This document shows, one piece after another, positions 1 to 10,000 of a stretch of DNA of 44,907 nt. This DNA comes from Candidatus Omnitrophota bacterium (lineage in GTDB: Bacteria > Omnitrophota > Gorgyraeia > Tantalellales > Tantalellaceae): the NCBI GenBank assembly GCA_007135805.1, contig SLID01000045.1, positions 1 through 44,907 on the forward strand, in the 5' to 3' direction. Numbering within the stretch: the stretch's first letter is position 1; each line of letters begins with the position of its first letter. Under the pieces are notes generated by a model. That model saw only the letters and a program-made list of their open reading frames with translations. It did not search any database and had not been told where the DNA came from. Made by a program: the position numbers and the translations under genes.

Positions 1-192
1 ACCGTGAAGACGGTCGGCGAGGCGGCCAAAGGAACCACTGAGACCGCGGTGAGTCCCATTGTATCCCTATGGAGATCGCTTACAGGCAGAGGAAAGGCCA
101 GGGATGTTGTCACAGAGCCCCTGCAAAAAGGCGGACAAACCGTACATGACGCGGTAGTGGGTACGGGCGAGACCGTAAGAGGGAAAAGGTAG
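1..192 (+). CDS. 3' end of a hypothetical protein (truncated by window start)
   Basis: Open frame from the window edge to TAG at 190-192, followed by a terminator hairpin. Confidence 0.55.
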   Translation, partial: TVKTVGEAAKGTTETAVSPIVSLWRSLTGRGKARDVVTEPLQKGGQTVHDAVVGTGETVRGKR

Positions 193-217
193 TTTAAAGA
201 CGGTTACGCGACGGAAT

Positions 218-263
218 AAAAGGTCCCGGGTATACTTCGCGGTGTGTCCGGGACTTTTTTTTT
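218..263 (+). terminator. Rho-independent terminator
   Basis: Stem AGGTCCCGGGTATAC / GTGTGTCCGGGACTT followed by a T9 run; short A-run upstream. Confidence 0.7.
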
Positions 264-371
264 CGACGGCCTGCCACCATCGGCTATAAGGTGTGGGGCG
301 ACGAATTACGGTGTGTCCGAAACCCACCTAAATTCTTTACCTGGCGCTTTACATACTATATAATGTGGGGC

Positions 372-1178
372 ATGAACGCTCCAAACCAAAGGCCTATAGG
401 TATTTTCGATTCGGGGGTCGGAGGACTCACCGTCGCCGCGAGCGTCAGAAAGGCGCTTCCCTCGGAAAACATTATATATTTTGGCGATACAGCGAGGGTT
501 CCCTACGGTAATAAGTCTAGATCTACCGTGACAAGGTTTTCCGGCCAGATATCTGATTTTCTTGTCGAGAAAAACGTAAAGGCCATAGTTATAGCCTGCA
601 ATACCGCTTCAAGCTTCAGCCAGTCTTACCTGCGTAGAAACTATGACCTGCCTGTTATCGGTGTTATAAAACCCGGAGTGGAAAAAGCCGTGTCACTTTC
701 AAAGAACGGCAGGATAGGCGTCATAGGTACCGAAGCGATGGTCTCGAGCCGGGCGTATGAGAAAGAACTTTTTAAAATATCCAGTAAACACAAACTTTTC
801 CAGGAAAGTTGTCCGCTTTTTGTCCCTCTTGTCGAGAACAGGATGACCTCGGGGGAAATAACTTCCAAGATCGCTGAGAAATATCTTCGCCCGCTTAAGC
901 GACGAGGGATAGATACTCTTATCCTTGGATGTACGCATTACCCCATGCTAAGGCCCGTATTGTCTGAAATATTGGAAGGGGTTAAAATGGTCGATTCCTC
1001 TGAGGCCGTGGCCGAAGCGCTGCGGAAAGTACTTGAAGAGCGGCATCTTCTGGCCTGCGGGAAACGAAGAAAGAACAGAACGGTTTGCTATGTGAGTGAT
1101 GACCCCTTGAAATTCGGCAAAATATCCGGAATGTTCCTTAAGTGTCCTGTATCGGTGAGAAAGGTGGTGCTGGCATGA
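372..1178 (+). CDS. murI: Glutamate racemase
   Basis: PIGIFDSGVGGL, IACNTAS and LGCTHYP motifs; ATG 372 chosen because it lies just after TATAAT 359-364. Confidence 0.95.
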   Translation: MNAPNQRPIGIFDSGVGGLTVAASVRKALPSENIIYFGDTARVPYGNKSRSTVTRFSGQISDFLVEKNVKAIVIACNTASSFSQSYLRRNYDLPVIGVIKPGVEKAVSLSKNGRIGVIGTEAMVSSRAYEKELFKISSKHKLFQESCPLFVPLVENRMTSGEITSKIAEKYLRPLKRRGIDTLILGCTHYPMLRPVLSEILEGVKMVDSSEAVAEALRKVLEERHLLACGKRRKNRTVCYVSDDPLKFGKISGMFLKCPVSVRKVVLA

Positions 1179-2020
1179 CGCGTAAAGTCCCGGCACGCGA
1201 GATCCAGAACAAAGTTAAAAAGCTTTTTTTTAAAGCCAATATTATGATGAGGCCGGATATAAAAAAAGCTCTGGAAAAAGCTTACGCGAAAGAGCGCTCT
1301 GTCCGGTCACGTTATATGCTGAAAATACTTCTTGATAACGCTGAAATCGCGAAAAAAGAAAAGCTGCCGCTATGCCAGGATACGGGTCTGGCGGTCATTT
1401 TCGTTGAGATGGGTTGTGACGTCCGGGTTACCGGAGGCGGGATTATGGAGGCTCTGAACCGGGGCGTGGAAGAAGCGTACACTGAGTATAATTTCCGGAA
1501 ATCAGTTGTTATGGACCCTGTCAGCCGTGAGTACCGTAATACCAATACGCCCGCGGTGGCGCATTTGAATATTGTAAAAGGCAGCGGTTTACGGATAACG
1601 GTTATGCCTAAAGGTTTCGGGAGTGAAAACAAAAGCAGAATAATGATGCTTGATCCTGTTCAGATCGGGGATGCGGTAACGGATTTTTGTGTTGAAACAG
1701 TTAAACTTGCCGGAGCGGATGCTTGTCCGCCGTACGTTCTTGGGGTTGGTGTCGGAGGTACCATGGACCTTTGCGCGCTTCTTGCCAAAAAGGCTCTGTT
1801 GAAGCCTTTGGCAAAAAGCGGGGCCGGTGGAAATTCTCTGAAACTCGGGAAGAGGATACTTAAACAGGTGAATTCCCTGGGAATAGGAGTGATGGGGCTT
1901 GGAGGAGAGTGTACGGCTCTTGGTGTTAACATTGAGATGGCCCCGACACATATAGCGGGATGTCCGGTGGCGGTGGCTTTGTCCTGCCATTCGCTTCGTT
2001 CCGCCTCTGGAATGGTATAG
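1175..2020 (+). CDS. Fe-S hydro-lyase (class I fumarate hydratase/tartrate dehydratase) alpha subunit
   Basis: PLCQDTG, PKGFGSEN, ACPP, GIGVMGLGG, THIAG, CH motifs; ATGA overlap with murI stop. Confidence 0.9.
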   Translation: MTRKVPAREIQNKVKKLFFKANIMMRPDIKKALEKAYAKERSVRSRYMLKILLDNAEIAKKEKLPLCQDTGLAVIFVEMGCDVRVTGGGIMEALNRGVEEAYTEYNFRKSVVMDPVSREYRNTNTPAVAHLNIVKGSGLRITVMPKGFGSENKSRIMMLDPVQIGDAVTDFCVETVKLAGADACPPYVLGVGVGGTMDLCALLAKKALLKPLAKSGAGGNSLKLGKRILKQVNSLGIGVMGLGGECTALGVNIEMAPTHIAGCPVAVALSCHSLRSASGMV

Positions 2021-2055
2021 AACGCTGGGCATAATTGTCTGTTACATTAATTACA

Positions 2056-2583
2056 ATGAAGAAAATTACGGCGCCATTGACCGGAAAACAGATAAGAAGC
2101 CTTAAAGCGGGAGAGCTGGTCTTTCTTTCGGGTATAATTTACACCGCGAGAGACCAGGCGCATCTTCGCTTGAAGAGAGATATCGGCAAAAATCGGAAAA
2201 CGCCCTTAGATCTGAAGGGCCAGGTCATTTATTACTGCGGTCCCACGCCTTCGGGCAAAAGAGCGATCGGCTCCTGCGGTCCCACCACCTCGGGACGAAT
2301 GGACGGGTCTACCCCTCAAATGCTTGAAGCCGGGGTCAGGGGTCTGATAGGAAAAGGCAGGCGCTCGGAGCCGGTAAGGAAGGCGATAAAGAAACACGGC
2401 GCGGTATATTTTCTGGCCCCGGCGGGGGCCGGGGCATATATTTCCGGCTGTGTGATAGATTCCAGAGCTGTGGCTTATGAAGAGCTGGGTCCCGAAGCCG
2501 TGTACCGCCTGGAGGTCAGGGATCTTCCCCTGATAGTGGGAATAGATTACGGGGGAAAGGATCTGTATTCCAGATCGATCTAA
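2056..2583 (+). CDS. Fe-S hydro-lyase (fumarate hydratase) beta subunit
   Basis: YTARDQAH, YYCGP, GPTTSGRMD, IGKG, ELGPEA motifs; follows the alpha subunit. Confidence 0.9.
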   Translation: MKKITAPLTGKQIRSLKAGELVFLSGIIYTARDQAHLRLKRDIGKNRKTPLDLKGQVIYYCGPTPSGKRAIGSCGPTTSGRMDGSTPQMLEAGVRGLIGKGRRSEPVRKAIKKHGAVYFLAPAGAGAYISGCVIDSRAVAYEELGPEAVYRLEVRDLPLIVGIDYGGKDLYSRSI

Positions 2584-2714
2584 AAATGAGTTAAGCCGGG
2601 TGCCGGCAGTATCGCAAACCGGGCCGGGGCACACGTTCAAAAATTCGTGACCGTCAGGCGGGGAATGTGGTAAACTTAAAACATTGAATACCGGCGATAA
2701 AAAGAGAGGGAATA

Positions 2715-3443
2715 ATGAGACAGGATGGAAGAATGCCCAACGGTATGCGCAAGATCAACATAATACCGGATTTTATGGAGTATGCTGAAGGCTCCTGCCT
2801 TTTCGAGGCCGGCAAGACTAAAGTTGTCTGTACGGCGAGTGTTGAGGATGGGGTTCCCCCTTTTCTCAGGGGAAAGGGGGTAGGGTGGATAACGTCGGAA
2901 TACGCTATGCTCCCGAGATCCTGCCAGAAAAGGGTCCAAAGAGAATCCACCCGGGGCAGATCCGGCGGGAGGACCCATGAGATACAAAGGCTGATAGGAA
3001 GGTCCATGCGAAGTGTGGCCGATATGAACGCGCTGGGTGAAAGGACCATATGGATCGACTGCGATGTCATACAGGCGGACGGAGGCACCAGATGCGTCGC
3101 TATTAACGGAAGTTTCGTGGCTCTTTGCCTGGCTCTCAACAAACTCAAGAAAGACAAAGTGTTCAATGAGCTTCCGGTAAGTAATTTTGTGGCGGCTGTA
3201 AGTGTCGGAATAGTCGGCGGAGTGGAGTGTCTGGATCTCAACTATGAGGAAGATTCTACGGCCGACGTTGATATGAACGTCGTTATGACAGATGACGGGG
3301 AAATGGTTGAGGTGCAGGGTACCGCGGAAAAAGAACCGTTCAGTCGTGAGAAAATGGACGCCATGCTCGTTCTGGCGGAAAAAGGCATAAACGGGATAGT
3401 GGAAAAACAGAAAGATACACTGCGAGGAGCCGGTGTTATATGA
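2715..3443 (+). CDS. rph: Ribonuclease PH
   Basis: EYAMLPRS, GGRTHEIQRLIGRS, DCDVIQADGGTR, EVQGTAE motifs. Confidence 0.97.
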   Translation: MRQDGRMPNGMRKINIIPDFMEYAEGSCLFEAGKTKVVCTASVEDGVPPFLRGKGVGWITSEYAMLPRSCQKRVQRESTRGRSGGRTHEIQRLIGRSMRSVADMNALGERTIWIDCDVIQADGGTRCVAINGSFVALCLALNKLKKDKVFNELPVSNFVAAVSVGIVGGVECLDLNYEEDSTADVDMNVVMTDDGEMVEVQGTAEKEPFSREKMDAMLVLAEKGINGIVEKQKDTLRGAGVI

Positions 3444-4045
3444 ATCTTTTATTAGCTACCCACAATACCAATAAGCGAAAAGAGCTGAAAGCTTTGCTGG
3501 AAGATTTCAAGGACGTCAAGATCATGATACTTGACGACTTGAAGGTGGAACCGCCCATAATTGTTGAGGACGGTAAGACCTTCAGGCAGAACGCGGTAAA
3601 AAAGGCGCTTACGCTTTCACGTTTTTTTGACGGTCTGGTCCTGGCCGATGACTCCGGACTTGAGATAAGCGCGCTGGGCGGGAAACCGGGTGTGCGTTCC
3701 GCCAGGTTCGCGCGAGCCAAAGCCACTGACCAGGAAAACAACCAGAAAGTCCTCAAATTGCTTGCCAGTATACCCGAAAACAACCGGTCAGCGCGTTTTG
3801 TATGCTATCTGGCGCTTGCCTCGGGAGGAAAACTGCTTGAGACCTTTGAGGGGGAGGCAAAGGGTGTTATACTAGAGACCCCCCGCGGAAAGAGAGGGTT
3901 CGGGTATGACCCGCTCTTTCTGCCCAAAGGAAAAGATAAAAGTTTCGCTGAAATGCCCGCCTCGGAGAAGAACAAGATAAGCCATCGCGCCCGAGCTCTC
4001 AAAAAGATGAGGTCCGCTCTTAAAAAGCACCTTAGGCAAAGATAA
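3440..4045 (+). CDS. rdgB: dITP/XTP pyrophosphatase (Ham1 family)
   Basis: ADDSGL, PGVRSARFA, GFGYDPLF, KNKISHRARA motifs; canonical position after rph. Confidence 0.95.
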   Translation: MNLLLATHNTNKRKELKALLEDFKDVKIMILDDLKVEPPIIVEDGKTFRQNAVKKALTLSRFFDGLVLADDSGLEISALGGKPGVRSARFARAKATDQENNQKVLKLLASIPENNRSARFVCYLALASGGKLLETFEGEAKGVILETPRGKRGFGYDPLFLPKGKDKSFAEMPASEKNKISHRARALKKMRSALKKHLRQR

Positions 4046-4074
4046 AGTGAACCAACCGGAGAAAGCCGTTGCCG

Positions 4075-7000
4075 TTACAAAGATCTTAGTATGGCGGCCT
4101 TAGCCATATAATCCTCTCTTATTTTGTTATGGTCTCTGGGGAGTACTGGGGGCAGAAATATCTCGAACCGCCTTGACAGGAAAAATTTAACGGGATCTTT
4201 TTCCGCCAGTTCCAGAAGGGAATCGGCTATGGCCTGTACGTCGGAACGGTCGGAGATCATCGCTATGGTCTGGGCGACTGTGCTTACCGCCCTGAAGTAA
4301 TCCCGGTTTGCCCGGGTGAGGGTATCATGCCTGCTGTGCGATATCACCTTGGAAAGATTAAGACGCGCTATACCATGGAGGGCGGCTTCGTTGAAAGGCA
4401 TTGCCAGTACGGCGGGACTTATGCCTTCACCCCGTTCCAGGAGGTCGTTTATCACATCCACCATGGCCGTCTCTGAGAGAAAAGACGTTACGGAATCAAA
4501 GTCTGTTCCAAGCATCCTGTTTATCTGTTCAAGCAGAGAAGAGTCCGTATCCAATTCCGCGAGGACAGTGCTGCTTATAGAGCATTGTATCCTGTGCTGT
4601 TCCGCGCCTTCGGCTGCCGCGGCGGCTATCCCCAGTATAGATGCGCGCGCCTTTCGGGTGCCGATCGATTGGGTAAGAGCGGTATTTTCGCTGAGGTTCC
4701 ATCTTTCGACCATGTTTCTCAACGCGCTTGAGGATCGCGACACGGGTGAGGCGAGAGTAAGCTCATGCGCGGTCGTTCCGTCCTCGAGGGAAGGAGTAGC
4801 CCCGATAACGAAAATATGCGACTTCTCGCCAAAGAAAATATCCTGGTAACAGCTTTTTATGGTTTGTCTCGCGCCAGCTTCGAAAGACAGCAGTTTTTCA
4901 GCGGGGTTTGCCAAGTCTTTGCCGTGTTTTTCCACGCCTTGTTCTACCATGACGGTGCCTTTTGCCGAGACGCGCGGCGCTGGTCCTCTAATGGCCGCCG
5001 TTTCGGGGAAGTCCTCGGCGGAGGTTCTCTGAAACAGATCTCTCGCCGACAGCATGGGGCCCATGTATCGGCGTATACGCGTGGTGTTACCGGCATGTAT
5101 TTCCGCTATCATCCCCGTTATATGCGCTTCAGCGCTGTCAATTAATTCTCGTTCTCCGCGCGCTATCTCTTCATGCTGGACTTGCAGAGAATAAGCCGAG
5201 GCGATCTCGTGCAGCAAGATACGCCCGGTGATAGCGTAGCGCTCTTCATTTGAAAGGGGAGCGGCCGAGGCTTCAATAAACGCGGCATATACCGCGGGAT
5301 CTGGTTCTGTGGGTAATCCTGTTTGACGTATCAGTTTCTTCATGGCTTCGACTCTTTCGGAGGGGTCAGTCATATCGCTTATCGCAAGTATTTCGTTGAC
5401 CGCTGTCCAGTTTATACTGATCCTTTTTCCGTCCGGGGAAACTGACGCGATATCGCCGGCTCCCCGGAGGCGGGACATCTTTATGCCGCGCCCGTTTATG
5501 GAAATATCTTCTCTGATGGGTTCAGCTTTCCCGTCTCGGTTTATCCTGAAATTGAGTTCTTTAAGTCCCACTCCGCCGCTTATGATAGAAGAGGCTACCT
5601 CTCCGGCTTTTTCTATGTATCTGCCAAGGTCGCCGGAAAGCACGGAGGCGGGAGTTCCTGTAAAATTGTCACCGCCTATCCAGGAAGTCGCAAATGATTT
5701 TGAGTCTTCTTCCTCTACCGGTATGGCCTCGGGTATGGGTTCGGGTTTTTCAGCGGCAAGCTGTTGGACCAACTCAAGAAAACGGGAAATGTCATCAGAT
5801 TTGTGTCTCCAGTAATCTTGAAGCTCTTCGGCTTTTTTCAGTTCTTTTTCGGCTTTTTCTTTTTTCGCGAGGAGTTCCGTTAGGGCTGCCCGGTTTTCCT
5901 CAAGTTCTTCTATATATTTGTTAAGTTCCCTTTTTGTATGTTCTTCCTGTTTCGTGAAGTCTTCGAGCTTCGCTTCCGCGACTTCCAGGTTTATGTCGAG
6001 GCTGGACGCTGTCATATCAATTGAGGATGTTCTGGATTCTGAGCTCTTCAATCCCCTGGTTCTTTTCGCTTCTCTGAGTGTTCTCAGTTTCTTGAAAGTT
6101 TCACTTTGATCATCACGAATGGATACAAGGACCTTTTCAGTTTTTTTGATCATATTTTCAAGATGTTTTATCTTTTTTTCTAAAAGAGGTTCTTTTTCTT
6201 CGAATGTTTTCCTGACAACCTCGAAGTTTTCTCTTCTGTCAAAAGTTTCGTGTAGATTCGCCATGAATTTGTGTATGATATTGTTATACTCCTCAGAGGT
6301 CTCTTCCACCAGGGGAGTATAATCCTCTGTCTGATGGGCCCGGGCAAGCTTCACCATATTTTTGACCAATGCCAGGTCCCTGCCGTTCTTTATCATCCTG
6401 TGTCCCATGCCTTTTGTAGAGAACCACATCCACGCTCTTGTGCTGAAGGGCTGGAATCCGTGGACCAGTTCGTCATAGATCACTTCCAGGGAGAACTTGT
6501 CCTGCGCCTTGAGGTAAGTAAAAAGGTCTCTATCGTCCAGGCTTCGTAACGCCGTGTACATATCTTTGTTCATCTGGTAGAAGTGAGAGTATCCGGGAGT
6601 CGCCGCTCTTATGATATCGGGGATGAGAAGTTTATCCTGGAACTTTTCCGTAAGAACGGCGGTCTCGAAATCTATTATGTAAACCTCGTTGTTCTTTATG
6701 TCTACCAGGATATTATCGGGTTTAAGGTCACGATGGGTCACCCCGGCCGCGTGAAGCTTTCTGACTGTTTCGCGCATCTTGTCGCTCCAGGAGGAAAGTA
6801 TCTTTTTCTTCTCCTCTTCGGATTTTCCGGAGAATACCTCGTCCAGGTCCTGTTTTATTTTTTCAAGTTCAGCGTCGAGCCTGGCTAATTCTTCGCTTGT
6901 GGCGACATGCGGAGCATCGTGAAGGTCGGGGTAAAGTACGTGTAGTATTTTGCTGAGAGTGAACCCTCCTTGAACCGTGGGAGAGGATGTGAAAAGGCCC

Positions 7001-10000
7001 TTGTCTTTGACCGTGAAGAAAGCGTTTATTATGTTATTTATTGTTTCAAAGTCTTTTTCTTTCCAGGCCTTGTTGAGCTTTTCCCCTTGTTTTTCATGTC
7101 CGATAGCTTCAAGGAACCCTACGGGGTCGTGAGGGCAGACAGATGTTATGCCTTTTTTTCGGGCGTAACCGCTTATTACCCACTCCTTTATCCAGTTTGA
7201 GATAGCTGTTGTGTCGTCCGGGAATTCGCCGAATTTGATAACCCATGCGGGAATCTGTTTTTTTCTTTCGGCGCTTTTTTTCCGCAAAGGCATATCAATA
7301 TCGAAGATATCGTCCTTATGTATCTTTTTTGTTTCTTCCGGCTCTTGTTCCCGTAGGTCAAGTGTTACTCCGAATATTCTGTGCGCCGCTCTTCCGCGAA
7401 TTCCTGTCCTGAAATTTGTGTCATCCGAGATAGCTAGATCACGCAAGCTGCGTTGAGTGAGAAGCTTGAGGAAAGGTTTCAGTTCGGTCACTTGCTGCCG
7501 GAGAGGACGCAGGGACATCTTTTGGGCTATTCTGTAGGGTAAAGGTTTTGACGGCTTCCTGCCGTAAAGGCCTGTGTAGGGTACATATTTGGGTACATGT
7601 TTGTGATGGTCGTCCGGCTGTATCCGGGCGAGGCCTGTTTCATTCGGTATCACTATGATCCCGGAATTGTATGCCCCGAAACGGTATCCGAGTCTTCCGG
7701 AAGCCACTGTGTTGGGGATTTTGTAAAGCTGGTCGCTTGTTGTGCCGTCTTCCGAAAAATTGGTTTGCATTTTGAACCAGCGGTTTACTCTCAGAAAGTG
7801 TTCCAGGTCCCTCAGGATTTCGTCTATCTTGTTCTGGTCCTGTATCGGCTGGCCGTCGGATTCTACCAGCCATATTACGAAGGATTTTCCTTCCTGATCG
7901 TATGTGTACTGCTCGTTCGCTGTTACTATTTTCTGCTGGGCGAGGTTAGCTATCTTGTATGGAAGGCCTTTTTCATTAAGTTTTTGTATGGCCTGCTCAA
8001 GCAGCTCCGGTATCATATTGCCTTCGTCGTCAGTGGCGTCGATATGCAGTTTGATGCCTTGCGCTATCTGGTTGTTTTCGCGCCAGAGATCCCTGAAGTT
8101 AGCAAGTTCCTCTGATTCATACCAGGACCCGTTTTGGGACATTTTCAGATGGTTGTTTCGCATGATCCTGGCGATCGACGCGAAACCTTCGGCGTAATCA
8201 CGAGGTATATTTTTCCGGTGTTCGGCAGACATTTCCCAGAGAGCTATTCGGTGTTTATCCGCCGACTCGAAAAGGCGCCGCGCTTCATATAGGTCCCCGT
8301 TTATGAGTAGTTCTGTTATCCTGCTTACGGTCTCATGGTTCTGCGCGAAACCCGCTATTATTCCGTGTACCATAGCGTTGAGTGCCTCGCTTCCGGAAAT
8401 ATCCGAACGGATGGAAACACCCCGTCCTCCTGCGTGTTCTTTGCGGCGTGTTTCCAGAAGGCCTGTGGACCTTTTTATTCCTATTGGATCCCCCGCGAGG
8501 TTTTTCCCCAACTGCAGGTTAATGATCTGAGCGTGTATCTCGGGAGAGTCGCTTATCTGCAGGGCAGTTCCGATCGCCGCGTCCATTTCGTCGTCGGTGA
8601 CCTCGAAAAACTCTCCGCGCGATATTCTTCGGTCAATATATTTTTCATGTGTCTCATATAACAATTCCCGGACGGTCATATGCCGGACATTTTCATGACC
8701 TTCGCCGAAGTGGATGGGGGAGGCGTTTTCAGGGGTGACCACAAGAGAGACGCCGCTAGCGACTTCACCGGCTATATAGGCGCTGACCTCGAACATCTCA
8801 AGATTTGAGGAATCGATCACGCCGGCTATTGGAGCCAGACGGCTGGGTATCTGCAAAGAATATACTAGTGGAAACATCCCGCCAGATATAGGAAGCTCCC
8901 GGCCCTCCAGGATCTCGAAATAAGGAGAATTGTAACCCTCGCTGTTCCTGAAAAAAGGCATCACGGTGATATACGCTATGCCTTCACGGCGAAAGATCCG
9001 GTTAAGATTTTTGGTATGAAATCCCCCCGTTACGAGCGCCGCGGTCCCGGTATCGTAGGGAAAACGCAAATTCCTTATGAAGGCCTCATCCCGTTCCAGC
9101 GAATATTCGTAAAAAGACGCCGCTTTCCGGATCAACTCGTCTGTTTTTAACGCGTCAATATCGGAGTTCTTGAAAATGCCATGCGTATGTAAAATATCCT
9201 TTAAAAGCTTCTTGGCGTTATGGAAAGAAAGTGCCGAAGAATTTTCCTTGTAAAAAGCGTATTCCTGAGGGGTTATAGCCGCGGAAAGGATACCCTCGAT
9301 CATACGCAGACCCTTACAAAAGAACAGAAGCTCTCTCTGGATATCGTTATCGGCAAAAATATCAGCCACGGTTTCTTCAAGAGCTGTCATCTCATCCATT
9401 ATGGCTATTTCGTTTATGTCAGCGTACCTGGCCGCGTAAGTGATGTATTTAGAGAGTTGTGGAAAGTTTTCCAGGGATGGGTCCATAAGCTTGGCCCGGT
9501 TCGAAAGGTAAATATAAAAATCAGCCGCCGATATGCTGCCCTGTCTGAAGAACAAGGCCAGACTTTCCAGTTCTGTAAGGTCTTCCCGGGGAAGATGCCC
9601 GTAAAGACGGGTCATTAAGGCACTTCGTTCAAGGTTGGCTTGCTTGAAATCTATTATTTCTTCGTCGGCCATCGTTATAGCGAGGGTCAGTACATTGGGA
9701 TAGCCGCTGAGATCAATTCCAGATTCCTCGGCCGCCGATACCAAGTGGGACAGATGATCACGAAGTTCTTTTTTTTCGTTCCGGTAAAGTTGGATTTTCC
9801 GATCGAGGTCGAGAAGTTTTTGTGTAAATACAAGCTTTTTCGCCTTCTCGAGATACGTTCTCAGCTTTGCCAAAGAGCTAAAAACCTCGTCGCGGTACTT
9901 TCGGGCGTTCATATACGCCATAAGGTTCTTTCTGTACAGTACAGGGTCTTCCACTCCCCAGAGAAAAAATTCCTTGTCAGTTATGCCGGCGTATTCCGCT

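Noticed and set aside
205-320. Short repeats CGGTGTGTCCG (240, 309) and GCGACG-AAT
   Set aside because: Only two short copies, one within the terminator; not a CRISPR or a convincing regulatory repeat
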